A DNA stretch of 64,000 nucleotides. Origin: Hormiphora californensis. Taxonomy: Eukaryota > Animalia > Ctenophora. The notes under the pieces are model-generated. The model made no database searches. It was not told the DNA's origin and saw only the letters and a program-made list of their open reading frames with translations. Made by a program: the position numbers and the translations under genes. How positions within the stretch are numbered: position 1 is the stretch's first letter; each line of letters starts with the position of its first letter. Where the stretch lies: positions 6,324,001 to 6,388,000 of the forward strand of contig CM035353.1 in NCBI GenBank assembly GCA_020137815.1, in the 5' to 3' direction. Positions 1-20,828 of the stretch are shown here, in pieces.

Positions 1-657
1 TTCCGAAATTGACTTTGAAATATTTTACAAAGTTTTTTCACAAAATTTAATGTTTCTCTAAAAATTCATGGAGAGCATCGATCAAGGTATTGAGAATCAT
101 TACCTGAAATTTTGTGAAATTTTTTTTGTGAAAAATATTTTAAGTAAATTATGGTATACGAATCGTGTTTCTAATCGACAATGCTAAACGGGAGTGATGT
201 TGGTAATTAGTGGGTCCGAGATGGATTGTGCTGATACGTGATCCCCCATCAAATCTAATTAGGAAATTTAGAGAGACACGATTCATGGTTCGTTTAATCC
301 TGCTAATTAGCAATACCATTCCCGTATAGCACTGCCGATTCGAAACACGATTCGTACGCAAAAATTGACATAGAAAATTTACGATAAAATTGACTTTGAA
401 AATTTTTTCACAAAATTGACTTTGAAATTTTTTCAAACATTTTTTAACAAAATTTCAAAGAATGATTCTCAATACCTTGATCGGTGCTCTCCATGACTTT
501 TTAGAGAAACATTTATACAGAAAAAGTTTTGTATGGTTCGGTTCGGTTCGGTTACCGAAATTCGGTTCGGTTCGGTTCGGTTCGGTTCGGTAAAAAAGTT
601 TTTCAAATTCGGTTCGGTTCGGTTCGGTGGAAAAAAACCCGGTTCGGTCGTTTCCTG
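1..657. mobile_element. Right part of a non-autonomous DNA transposon (hAT-type CAG terminus) with (GGTTC)n subterminal repeats
   Basis: Ends ...ggttcggtcgtttcctg at 657 (reverse complement CAGGAAACGACCGAACC). GGTTC pentamer runs 536-648. Internal inverted repeat 49-101 versus 461-513. Left end lies outside the window. Confidence 0.55.
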
Positions 658-1358
658 GTCTGCACTAACATCCTTCCAACCTCCTTCTTCAGCCAGGGTG
701 GTGGTGGCCACAACTCCAAGCAAAATAAAAAGCATATCTATACTGTTGTTGAGTAACAAATCTACTGGTAATGCACGGTAGAAGAAAGTATTAGAAGAAA
801 ATCTCTTTAAAAACTGGCTATTGGCTAACGATCCCAAACCACACCGATGTGCAAATCATCCCCCCTGTTTTTATCTCTTTTTGTCTTCGCTTCCTCTTTA
901 TCTTTTTTTAAATTCTCTATATCTTTCTACCTCTCAATTTTTCTACTTTTCTTTTGTGTTGTTTTTCGTCTCTTGGTGATAGTAAGGTCATTAGTAAACG
1001 GTCATTAGCACGGAGACACCTGCACCACAAGCAATGGAGAATACCAGTGAAACAATGATCTGTCCCTCTTTCAAGAATCTTTACAATATGACACCAGATG
1101 TATACACATGGTGGAACCCCGATTTACCAGAGCCACAGTTTACTGCAGAGCCCCGCGATTCACCGGAAAGATTTAGTGTTTAGTAACTTATAAGTTCATG
1201 TAAACTGACTATTTATTGAATTTGATGACAATAGTTAACCCGGCCCATTTAGTAACTTACCAAATAGTGACTGGGTGGTGGTAACCAGGCCAGTGGTAAC
1301 CCAACTTACCAAATAGTGACTGGGTGGTGGTAACTAGGCCAGTGTTAACCCAACTTAC

Positions 1359-8763
<7,405 letters not shown>

Positions 8764-9814
8764 ATCATAAAAACATGGTTCTAAAACTGCTACAAATAGG
8801 AATAGTTGGTTAGAAAGGAATATATTTTGGAGCTAAATGATCATTCAGAGCTCAAGAAGGTAACACCTCGTCCCTATGAGCACCCTCGTTCCAGCAACCG
8901 AGAAAGTTACTGCAATTAAAATCATGTTGTATGTAGTAGGACAAAGCAAAGGCTCTCAACTAGAGTCGATGGACGCGAGAGAGGAAGAGAACAGCTGAGA
9001 GGGCATGGCTCCATTCAAAATACACAACAATGACACTCTAAAAGTAATAAAATGTGCTGAAAGGGGATGGCTAAAAAGGGATAAATGTAGGTCTTTTTTC
9101 TCTCGGCCTGACCTGAAAGATTTCCAGTGTGCTAATGGATTCATTAGCTTCAGGTGTATAAAGTTTCTATACGAGTATACTGAGTACACTCGACATAGCT
9201 ATAAGTAAACAAGTTTTAAAAAGCTCAGTAGTGTTAACATTTGCTGTCTAGTGTCTACTAGAAATCATGCCAGTGCAGGGCAATATCACGTTAAAACTTA
9301 AAATATCACGAATTGCCGGGGACAACCCGATCGATTGATACAGAGCTGGATATTTAATTTGAGATTGTCTAAATTCACCTCCCACCACTAATAACAATCT
9401 AAAGATCGATTTAAGGGCAGGAGGAAGAGTATGAAATATGAATTGGCTAGGAATGATCCGTCAATCGAGCTGCACAATTCGTAGCAAGTCAATAAATCTA
9501 TAGAATGTGATTCCCAGCAGTACCATTCAGTACCAATATATCATAGAATACTCATGATTAAGTATTGACCGTTACCCCGCTCATTTCCCATAGAAGTTGG
9601 GGTAACTTGGGAACAGTATGAGTGATTTAGAGAACTGCATAGCTTGATTACATATTATGTAACCGGCCCAATCAGTACAATGATAGATCGTTTATAAATG
9701 ATCATCAAAATCAGAGGGCCCCTGGGTAATAAGTTCCCGGTTTCTATAAACGATGTTTTACTCTCCCTCTCTTCCTCTCTCTCTAGTCTCTTTCTCTCTC
9801 TCCAAATTAAAATA

Positions 9815-10813
9815 TAGTTAGGCAGTACTAATGATGAAAGGGCCAAATCTTGGACAAAATTTGTAACAAGCTAATTTCTTCACCAACCGGCTCAGATGGG
9901 TGTCTAGTAATGCCAAAAAAAAATCAATGATGATCGGGAGCGCGCACGCTCCGTAGCGCGCGAAAATGTTTCACGTGCATTTCTAGCTTAGAACAAAAAA
10001 TGAAAACCAACTTAGGAAAGGAGTAGAGACAAATCTGAGGGCACTAAAATGTGTGGCGTCCTCGCATTAGTGGGGGTAGGTGCCGGAATTAAGTCTCTAT
10101 CTCATCTGGTTAATTAGATAATTGGATAATTAGGTTTGTGCATAACCGTTTTTTGGCTATACGGCTATAGCCACTTAGGAATGGTTTAGAGACTTTTCAC
10201 TGGTGCCATTTTGTTCAGAACAAAATTTTAATCTAAGAGTTGTGGAAAAATTTAGGGCCTATCTCTTACCGTTTAGGCGTAATTTGCGCTGAAGGGATGC
10301 CAAATTAGTCGAAAATGCGAAAAAATGAGTTAATTGGCTTCCTTTCACCGCAAATTACGCCTAAACGGTAAGAGATAGGCCCTAAATTTTTCCACAACTC
10401 TTAGATTAAAATTTTGTTCTGAACAAAATGGCACCAGTGAAAAGTCTCTAAACCATTCCTAAGTGGCTATAGCCGTATAGCCAAAAAACGGTTATGCGCA
10501 AACCTAATTATCCAATTATCTAATTAACCAGATGAGATAGAGACTTAATTCCGGCACCTACCCCCACTAATGCGAGGACGCTACACATTTTAGTGCCCTC
10601 AGATTTGTCTCTACTCCTTTCCTAAGTTGGTTTTCATTTTTTGTTCTAAGCTAGAAATGCACGTGAAGCATTTTCGCGCGCTACGGAGCGTGTGCGCTCC
10701 CGATCATCATTGATTTTTTTTTTGGCATTACTAGACACCCATCTGAGCCAGTTGGTGAAGAAATTAGCTTGTTACAAATTTTGTCCAAGATTTTCACCAA
10801 TACTCCCTAACTA
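9815..10813. mobile_element. ~1-kb foldback non-autonomous DNA transposon, TAGT...ACTA ends, 3-bp TSD (Academ-like)
   Basis: Arms of ~470 bp are almost perfectly inverted around ~10315; ATA on both sides (9812-9814, 10814-10816). Confidence 0.8.
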
Positions 10814-13164
10814 ATACGGCTCGTCGCATATTTATCGAAATCTTCGTTAAAGACATTATAATTATTATTGTGCAAAACCAGGCAGCATTGAGATTTATTG
10901 TTATATTCAAACGGCGAGACGGAGTTGAGCAAGGCAAGAAATTTATTAGTATTAGTAAATAGTAGCTATATGTGACTAGTTAGTTAGTAGTAGAGATTTA
11001 TTATAGGTAATTGATCTTATAGAGCAGTGAGTTAACTTCTGTCAAGATTCGTTTGAGTTGAACACAGGAAGGGCACCATGGGCAGATAACCAACGAAGAA
11101 TTACACAAGAACCCAACAGCAACGATATAACAATTCATTGAAGGGGGGGGGGGCAATTCACTAGCTGGTGGGTGGGGCTAACCTAGGTCTAAATCTGATT
11201 TAAACTAATCATCACACGATCACATTTCCATTTCCCGGCAGTACATGAACTGCACTGATCACACACTGTCGGGACACACTGATCACACACTGTCGGGACA
11301 CACTGATCAGCTGAGTCGTCATCCCCAACACACCACTACTGCAGCTGATCACACAACACTGATAATCATTGGGAGGCGAGACAGCCCAGCGATCAGTCAT
11401 CAGGTGACAGCATCTAAATTCACAACTGGGAAACCCTAGAAGTACAGCTGCTCTCTGGAATCACCTAGCTCTCTTATATTAATTAGGTGCTGCATTATTA
11501 TAGGGTGGGGCCACTGTAATACACCATTATATACGGAAACCGGAAAATGTGCTGTGATTAGCAGCAAATTAGGATTATAGTTCACTGGCCGATTCTAATG
11601 ATTTCTACCTATATATACCACTCTAAATAATATATATTGAGGAAGGAAAGATTATCCGCAACCATTTAATGGAGGTTTATATATTATCGTGTCTGGGATC
11701 ACAGAAATTTGAAATATTCGGGGATATTAGAGGCGAGACTAGAGGTTGGGATAACAGAAATATTCGCATCTTTATCCACTACCTTATGATACCCCTTGCA
11801 GCTTGTTTCAAAACAAATAGTAGTTCAACCTATATAAAACAAAAGAGACAGACAAAAGAGATACTATGTCTGTATAATGTCTGTATCGATTTTTAATAAA
11901 TTTAGAGTGCAGCTCTGACTTCCAAGATCTCTAACTGCAACCGTTTACTGTCTATTGATCCTCACTCTACATGTATCATCTCTGCAGCAGTAGTAGCACT
12001 GGTAAATTATATTCCAGGAATTAGAGAAACAAATTACTGCAGAAATTGGCACAGCTCTGCCATGATAGTGCAGTGCTGTGGAACGTAAATACAGTGGACG
12101 GAGCGAGGGGAAAAGCCAAAAATGATGTCTTGCTCTTTATTCTTTATTCAACGCTAACACTGCCAGACACAACAATGGAACTGGAAATATGGTACACTGT
12201 CCAACAATTGTTTGTTTGCAGTACTAGCACCGGGTGTGGATTGGTGTCGAAATTACCCCTCCACAATAGCAATATAATAACAGGGGTGACTACGTAACTA
12301 ACCAGTAACCAAGTGTGGATTGGTGTTGAAAGGTATCTGTTAGAACTGACTGGAATCAGGTGATAATTCATCTAACAGACTCTGACTGGAATGTAGTAGG
12401 GGACGACAGGGGAGAGATGAGGGAGAGGGAGAAGGAGAGGGATATATTATAGGGAGGGTGGAGAGATAAAGAAAGTATAGCATTTTACAAAGAAAATCAT
12501 CAAAGTTTTAGATTCAAAATACAACAAAGTCTTCAGTAGATTATAAGGATCGATTGATTGTTTATTAGCTGCATAATCAATGAGGAAGTTTAGTTTTCTC
12601 CTTCCGAGGCTGTAAAACCTGTTTCCTCATTTTCTAAGGCAGGAAGGATAAAACCAAAATTCAACAAAGTCTTCAGTTTACAACTAACTAACTAACTAAA
12701 GCGACTGCTACTCTCAATGGGAAGTAACAACTTATGATTAATGTTTGGTCATCATCATGAGTCAGAACAATCTGTCATCCAGCTGTTCACAGTCATGATC
12801 TAAACGACGTAAGGATTTGAAATATACCACATGACAAATTGCAATTTGGGGTAGATCACATGTGATCTATCCGTGACGTTATATATTAGGGGTAACGAGA
12901 GAGATACAACTATAAGAGAGAGATCTAGCTGAGCCAAACTGAAACAATGCAGTGCTAGAAGAAATACCTCTATATCCCCCTCGACTACTGATTTAGGGGA
13001 GGGGTGCTGTAGCCGGAAATTAGATTATTTGGCGAGAGAGAGGTCAGAGAGGGAGAAAAGAGGGAGAATTTAGAATGTTAATTATGGGTTAGTGACATTT
13101 ATCCGCGTAGCAAGTGACAGGTATCAACATTTGAGTGAGGAGAGAGAGTGAGAGAGAGGGAGAA

Positions 13165-13307
<143 letters not shown>

Positions 13308-13687
13308 TGTTTTTGTGAGAAGATAGGCCCAAGGGGAAGATAGTGTGTGGGAAAATGCAGAAAAAGCATCCCATGGTCATAAATTACTAACATGATGAGA
13401 TATATGTGTTAGGACACCAGCCGATGAAATCTATAGGATGTTATTTCTACGTTTTTATCCCTATTTTATAGCCACCCTAGCAGTAGTCCAATCACACGAG
13501 ACCTCCAAACTGGATACCCTAAAAAGTCAACACCACATTGGGGTTCACTACAATTTGTGGAACTGAGCTATCACCTAGGATCTACCGAACCCTCACTGAT
13601 CAGAGACCACCTGTCTAAGCATGCTCTCAGTAGAGCTCCCCTACACGAGGGATAACCGTGTCAAGGATAATCACATCTTTCTATAAA

Positions 13688-13741
<54 letters not shown>

Positions 13742-14222
13742 CTCTCTCTAACCCTACAATTGGTTGCCCCTGATCATCAGTCTCAGAGCAACCATTAGAA
13801 ATGGCGAGATACACCGACCGAGATATCTCTATAACCCTCCCTATATCTCACTATCCTAAATCCTTTCTCTCTACCAGAAACCTTTCTACCTCTCTCTACC
13901 ACACGATTGGGATGGCTTTACAACAGGATACCCTAAAGCAGCTAATTTCGGTGGACGCCGTGCGGTGTGACTATTATACCAGTCATCGTTACCCTGATTA
14001 GAGAAACAACCATGGTCCAAGAAGTTGGCGCCATAACATATCAATTGAATGATCAACTGGAAATGAGTACAGATCACGCTACGAAAGGGTTGAAACTGCA
14101 AAATGCATTGAAGATTTGGCCCTGCTACGAGTTGTACTGCAGCAGAGGACATGTGCTAACATGAAACAAACATATTGAATGCTTTCTCTCTTTACATCTT
14201 TCTCTCTCTCTCTCTTTCTCTC

Positions 14223-14267
<45 letters not shown>

Positions 14268-15889
14268 GCAAGGCAAAGGGGATTAATTGGGGAATGCAGT
14301 CAAGTGCAGCACTATATAGTGCTTGTGTACAACGAAATGTGATAGAATCTCCTAGCTAGTATACAGCAGGACACACTATAGCCAGCCCGCGGTACTCCTA
14401 GATATACACCCCCTCAGAGTTAGAGATACACCTCATATAATATTGGGCTCGCGAAACAGTTCTCATACAACTTCAGGATGGATATTGAACTAGGACTTCA
14501 ATCTCTGCTGATCCTGTTCGAGATATAGGAGTTTTGATGACAATATTCTTGCATAAACTAGTACATATATAAAACTGGTCGGGTGGTCGGCTAATACCAA
14601 AAACCCAAAAATTAAATCCTATATAACAGCCTAGTTTCAGAAGGATAATAGAGAGCCATCCCTGATTATTTGTTAGCTGGTGTAAAGCGGAAGGGCGTGA
14701 AAGGGGCCCCATTAAGAAACCATCTTGATATAGAGCGTGCCCATAGGGCGTCAGGGGGAATATGGTAATTTCCATTAAGCTATGTGTGTGCTTGTTTCAC
14801 CAAAATGAGAATACTTTAGGGGAGGGGAACTAAAAGCTTGGTTTGCTCTTTGCGAGAATTCTATATTTTAAATGATACAACTAGGACACATCTCACACAA
14901 GTATAAATAATAGTTTTATCATGGTTGGATTGCATCAACGAGAAAAAGATGGACAGAAAGACCGAGGGAGAATGAGAAAGCGAGAGAGAGAGAGAGAGAG
15001 GGTGGTTATAAAGACCGACTAAATATGGGCGAAATGAAGGACCACTTTAAACGGCTGACAGGTAGACCTAGATCATCTCTGGTACATACATACAAACACA
15101 ATGGTCTAAACCCCCTAAAGGCCGATACAGGTAAATTAAAGAGGTCTAAATCCCATCCATTAGTACAAGCTCTCTGCTATAGTCTGCCCCTTTTTTTTAG
15201 AATGAAGTATTTGCATTTTTTAAGTTTCGAGAAAATCGACTTTAAAGTTTTTTAGAGGGTTTTTCGGAACTAAAATTGTCATAGAAGCCCAAATAGTACG
15301 TCAAACGATTTATGACTTATACCACAAGAATCCTGAAGGAATTCTGCAGGACTTCCAATTATCAGCTATCATCAAATTTGTCTCAAATTGATGTCAGGCA
15401 TCAAAATTGATGCCTTACTCTGTTGGTTACTTCACTTATATTACAGTTTTGAAAATACTTCCGTTGCTAGACTGATATCGACTGAAGCATAATTTTTCGT
15501 GGTAGATACTTCAGTAATTACTTCACTCAAAAAAATACTTCATCATAATAGCAACAAAAGCACCTAAAAAGTACTTCACTTGCATATACTTCAGTAATTA
15601 CTTCATTCCTAAAAATACTTCTTCAGAACTGTATTCAAAATGCCTAAAAGTAACTTAATCGAACAAAAGTGTACATGTGCTTCAAAATCGCAATCTTACT
15701 TCAATATTTTGGATAAAATCACAAACGAAGTTAATTTTCATTTAACACGCAGTGAAGTATAAAATGTGTTAGAATTCTTGCTAGTCTTGAAAGTAACTCC
15801 AGAGCAGCAGCTGCAGACAAACAGACGCACAGACAAACAGACGCACAAATTACAACTGCAGCAGCCTGCAGCAGCCTGCAGCAGCATAA

Positions 15890-16235
15890 AGAGATGGGCC
15901 GCCCGCCCTTCGGGCGGAATGTTAAAATCATGGTGCTGATAAATTGAGCGAAAACAGAAAAACGCTATGGCAACCCTCAAACTAAGACGAACCTGCAGAT
16001 AAAATCTGGAAGATTAATCTGTTCCGGTACGAGTCATACTTTGAAATTGGTTGAGTTCGGCTTGTAATATCAGAGTGAAACATGGAGATTGGAGATTCAA
16101 GAATTTTCTTCCGACCTCTACACAGGTCCGTGTTCATAAAATATGACAGACATACAAACAGATCACAGACATACAAACAGATCACAGACAGACACACAGA
16201 CAGACACACAGGCCAGTTCATTACATGTTTTAACA
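15890..16235 (-). mobile_element. DINE-1/HINE-like (Helentron-associated) non-autonomous element
   Basis: (GTCT)-type microsatellite near the 5' end, short gttaaaa/ttttaac inverted motif, 3' hairpin ccgcccgaagggcgg followed by Ts. Confidence 0.5.
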
Positions 16236-16468
16236 ATCGATTGGCTGATAACCAGTCACGTGACCTGAATAATGAGCTCGGATTGGTTGTTTATTTGGTC
16301 CGGTCGGTTGCTGAGAGATAGAGAAAGGGTCTGACAGAGAGATAATATCGATGAGAGGGAACGGGAGTGAGATTGTCTCCATTCGGGTTATTCACGAAGA
16401 GGAGTATTTGTCTAGGAGTGTGGGAATGTAAGGACAGAACAGTTAGATGACAATATATTTTGTTAATA

Positions 16469-17100
16469 CTAGTAAACCCGCTCGCCCTACGGGCGAATGT
16501 CGGGGATGGTCATACAGTAAACTAAGCAAATAGTGTAGTTTCATTTGAAATTTTTTAAATCAGTAAATTTATCAGGTAAATTAACCACAGGGATTCTTTC
16601 GACAGAAAATTCACGGGTCCTCTTTTGCCAGGTCCTGTTGTATTTTATGAAGGAGCACATTTACAAAATACTTTCACGTATTACTGTCATTTCTTATTAG
16701 TGCCATTGATACTTTGTTATTACGTGTGTTGACAACATTTTTTGAATTTAAATAATCACCTCTTTTGTAGGATTCTACCACGTAGTCTTTAGGGGTCAGC
16801 GCCAGTTTGCGACATATAGCTCCTCCAAACTCGCTGGCGATTGTGTTGAAGTTGAGTAGTCATGTTCACGAAACGTGGTGAACAGATCAAATCGAGCAAA
16901 CGATCAATCACACAACCGGCAGAGAGATGAATCAAGGATGCACGTGCAGTTTAAGGCTCAAGCTGGCAGGTTGCCAAGGTCCCTTTAGGGACAACACGTG
17001 CAAAAGGCCATTTCCAGGAATTTTTGCGTGGCACTATTTGCCATATTTGGTTAAAAAAACGGGACATGGGATTTCCCTATTTGCTTTAATAATAGTATGA
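16469..17100 (-). mobile_element. Non-autonomous Helitron
   Basis: Minus strand starts A|TCATACTATTATTAAAG and ends with hairpin tcgcccgtagggcga about 10 nt before CTAG|T: canonical TC...CTAG termini inserted at AT. Confidence 0.85.
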
Positions 17101-17171
17101 TTTGGATGATTTGTATCCGTATTCTTTAATTTTTTACAAACATTTCAAATTCCCGTGAGTGTGATAGTTCA

Positions 17172-17290
17172 GTGACATGGGAGACAGTGGGAGGCAAAGT
17201 GACAGGGGTTACAATGGGAGGCAAAGTGACAGGGGTTACAATTGGAGATAAGGTGACAGGGGTGACAAAGGGATATAAGGTGACAGGCCC
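17172..17290. repeat. 27-bp tandem repeat (~4 copies)
   Basis: gtgacaggggttacaatgggaggcaaa variants, G-rich on the plus strand, abutting the C-rich 34-bp satellite. Confidence 0.75.
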
Positions 17291-17292
17291 TC

Positions 17293-19256
17293 ACTCACCC
17301 CCCTTCCCCAGGTCATCCTGCCTCCTAACTCACCCCCTTCCCCAGGTCATCCTGCCTCCTAACTCACCCCCCTTCCCCAGGTCATCCTGCCTCCTAACTC
17401 ACCCCCCTTCCCTAGGTCATCCTGACCCCTAACTCACCCCCCTTCCCTAGGTCATCCTGCCTCCTAACTCACCCCCTTCCCCAGGTCATCCTGCCTCCTA
17501 ACTCACCCCCTTCCCCAGGTTATCCTGACCCCTAACTCACCCCCCTTCCCCAGGTCATCCTGCCTCCTAACTCACCCCCTTCCCCAGGTCATCCTGCCTC
17601 CTAACTCACCCCCTTCCCCAGGTCATCCTGCCTCGTAACTCACCCCCCTTCCCCAGGTTATCCTGACCCCTAACTCACCCCCCTTCCCCAGGTCATCCTG
17701 CCTCCTAACTCACCCCACTTCCTTAGGTTATCCTGACCCCTAACTCACCCCCTTCCCCAGGTCATCCTGCCTCCTAACTCACCCCCTTCCCTAGGTTATC
17801 CTGACCCCTAACTCACCCCCTTCCCTAGGTCATCCTGCCTCCTAACTCACCTCCCTTCCCTAGGTTATCCTGCCTCCTAACTCACCCCCTTCCCTAGGTT
17901 ATCCTGCCTCCTAACTCACCCCCTTCCCTAGGTTATCCTGACCCCTAACTCACCCCCTTCCCCAGGTCATCCTGCCTCCTAACTCACCCCCCTTCCCTAG
18001 GTTATCCTGACCCCTAACTCACCCCCTTCCCTAGGTTATCCTGCCTCCTAACTCACCCCCTTCCCTAGGTCATCCTGCCTCCTAACTCACCTCCCTTCCC
18101 TAGGTCATCCTGCCTCCTAACTCACCCCCTTCCCTAGGTTATCCTGACCCCTAACTCGCCCCCTTCCCCAGGTCATCCTGCCTCCTAACTCACCCCCTTC
18201 CCCAGGTCATCCTGCCTCCTAACTCACCCCCTTCCCTAGGTCATCCTGCCTCCTAACTCGCCCCCTTCCCTAGGTCATCCTGACCCCTAACTCACCCCCT
18301 TCCCTAGGTCATCCTGCCTCCTAACTCACTCCCCTTCCCCAGGTCATCCTGCCTCCTAACTCACCCCCCTTCCCCAGGTTATCCTGCCTCCTAACTCACC
18401 CCCCTTCCCCAGGTCATCCTGCCTCCTAACTCACCCCCTTCCCCAGGTTATCCTGACCCCTAACTCACCCCCTTCCCCAGGTTATCCTGACCCCTAACTC
18501 ACCCCCTTCCCCAGGTCATCCTGACCCCTAACTCACCTCCCTTCCCTAGGTTATCCTGACCCCTAACTCACCCCCCTTCCCTAGGTTATCCTGACCCCTA
18601 ACTCACCCCCCTTCCCCAGGTCATCCTGCCTCCTAACTCACCCCCTTCCCTAGGCCACCCCTTCCCTAGGTTATCCTGACCCCTAACTCACCCCCCTTCC
18701 CCAGGTCATCCTGCCTCCTAACTCACCCCCCTTCCCCAGGTCATCCTGCCTCCTAACTCACCCCCCTTCCCCAGGTTATCCTGACCCCTAACTCACCCCC
18801 CTTCCCCAGGTCATCCTGCCTCCTAACTCACCCCCTTCCCTAGGTTATCCTGCCTCCTAACTCACCCCCCTTCCCCAGGTCATCCTGACCCCTAACTCAC
18901 CCCCCTTCCCTAGGTTATCCTGACCCCTAACTCACCCCCTTCCCTAGGTTATCCTGACCCCTAACTCACCCCCCTTCCCCAGGTTATCCTGCCTTCTTAC
19001 TCACCCCCTTCCCTAGGTCATCCTGCCTCCTAACTCACCCCCCTTCCCCAGGTTATCCTGACCCCTAACTCACCCCCTTCCCTAGGTTATCCTGCCTCCT
19101 AACTCACCTCCTTCCCCAGGTTATCCTGACCCCTAACTCACCCCCTTCCCCAGGTCATCCTGCCTCTTAACTCACCCCCTTCCCCAGGTTATCCTCACCC
19201 CTAACTCACCCCCTTCCCCAGGTTATCCTGACCCCTAACTCACCCCCCTTTCCCAG
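17293..19256. repeat. 34-35-bp minisatellite, ~57 copies
   Basis: Unit aactcaccccc(c)ttccc(c/t)aggt(c/t)atcctg(cct/acc)cct; no spacers. Confidence 0.97.
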
Positions 19257-20685
19257 CTGCAGCTGGCCCCCTAGCCTTTCGGAATGATGTAAATTTGAAA
19301 CCAAACGCTAGGGCAATAACTTATAAAACCTTATGAGGTCAGTGTTTGACAACACTGTTTGTGGTGTCTCTCTCTCTTTGTCTCAGAGTGACACTCTTAC
19401 ATAGAGATAATCCCAGAATCATGATCACCCCGGCCCCCAGACATCTCTTCTCCACTTGTTGAGTTACCTAACAACTGGTTGTGTTGTGTCGTTACGACAG
19501 TACGGTACTGGAACATAATGCTACCTTTGAATGTGGGGTTCTAAGTTCGAAGAATGAGATTGGAGTGACGTAGTTGTGACGGTGAGGATGAGTAATTCGA
19601 GATGTGAACGATAATTATAATTACTCAGAATAGAATAATTATTATAGGGATCGCCTCCGTTCGACCTTCATCATGATGATGCTGCAGCAAAGAACAAATC
19701 TTGGAAATTACTTCATTTGGCCGGACTTGTGTTATAAATGGCACATATTATAATAAAAAATGAAGTATTCTTAAGTTATGAAGTATTTTTTCTGGATGCG
19801 ACAAGAAGCATTTGAATTCCACAGATTTATGAAGCATTTTCAAATTGAAGTAAATGAAGTGAAGTATCTTCTGATTTGAAAATACTTCAAACAAAATCTG
19901 CAACTGATTTATGAAGCATTTTCAAATTGAAGTAAATGAAGTGAAGTATCTTCTGAGTGGACAATACTTCAAACAAAATCTGCAGCTGATTGAAGTATTT
20001 CAATAGAATTTTTTAAATGAAGCAAACAACTGAAGCAAATTTTTCTGCGGTTATTACTTCTATGGTAGAAAAGTTTAACGAAGCAGTATTTATTTCCGAA
20101 TTATATTAGCGAAGCAATTGCCATTTGCTTCACTTTTCTGCAGTTTTTCAAAAATAAAAGTACTTCACAAAAAACACTTCACTCTATTTTTTGAAGATTG
20201 AGACACGAGACTTAGCCCATCTTGTAGATCTTTTTCTCCTGATCAAGATGGTATAAATAACTCAAAATCGCCAAAATTGCAAATACTTCATTCTAAAAAA
20301 AAGGGGCAGTAGTGTGGGGGATATGAAGCTTGTGAAGTATTTAGCGACACGTTTATAGCTACCCTGGAGCCCATGATATAGTTTAACCATGCGTAAACTG
20401 TAAGATGCTAACATGTACTGCCCGTTTATAACGACCGTTAAGGTGAAGCGTTCAGCCCTTGTTGAGTACCACCTCTTACTCAACAACTCAGAATCAACTC
20501 TTTCCCACTTATCAACAAACGGAAGAAGGAGAACTGAATAACAAAACATAATACAAGAAACAAGCTGTAATGGTTGCACAATTGGAGGGAGAACAGCTAG
20601 TCAAGAACTGGGCTGTAGTTTTAGAGGTGATCAAGGAGGGCCCTGTTAGAAAGTTCAACAGTCGTTAGCCATGTGTTTAATATTC

Positions 20686-20828
<143 letters not shown>

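Larger units (their letters stand above)
15180..20311. mobile_element. Pair of inverted transposon ends with TACTTCA/TGAAGTA subterminal arrays enclosing ~4 kb of nested repeats
   Basis: ctgccccttttttttagaatgaagtatttgca at ~15184-15215 and its inverse at ~20278-20309; motif arrays ~15420-15730 and ~19700-20180; no matching TSD. Confidence 0.5.

Noticed and set aside
658-1110. Further cadherin exon or transmembrane segment (IIVSLVFSIACGAGVSVLM)
   Set aside because: No cadherin motifs, an early stop, and no phase-compatible splice sites found.
17293-19256. 34-35-bp repeat array as CRISPR
   Set aside because: Units are head-to-tail with no unique spacers, there are no cas genes, and the context is eukaryotic.
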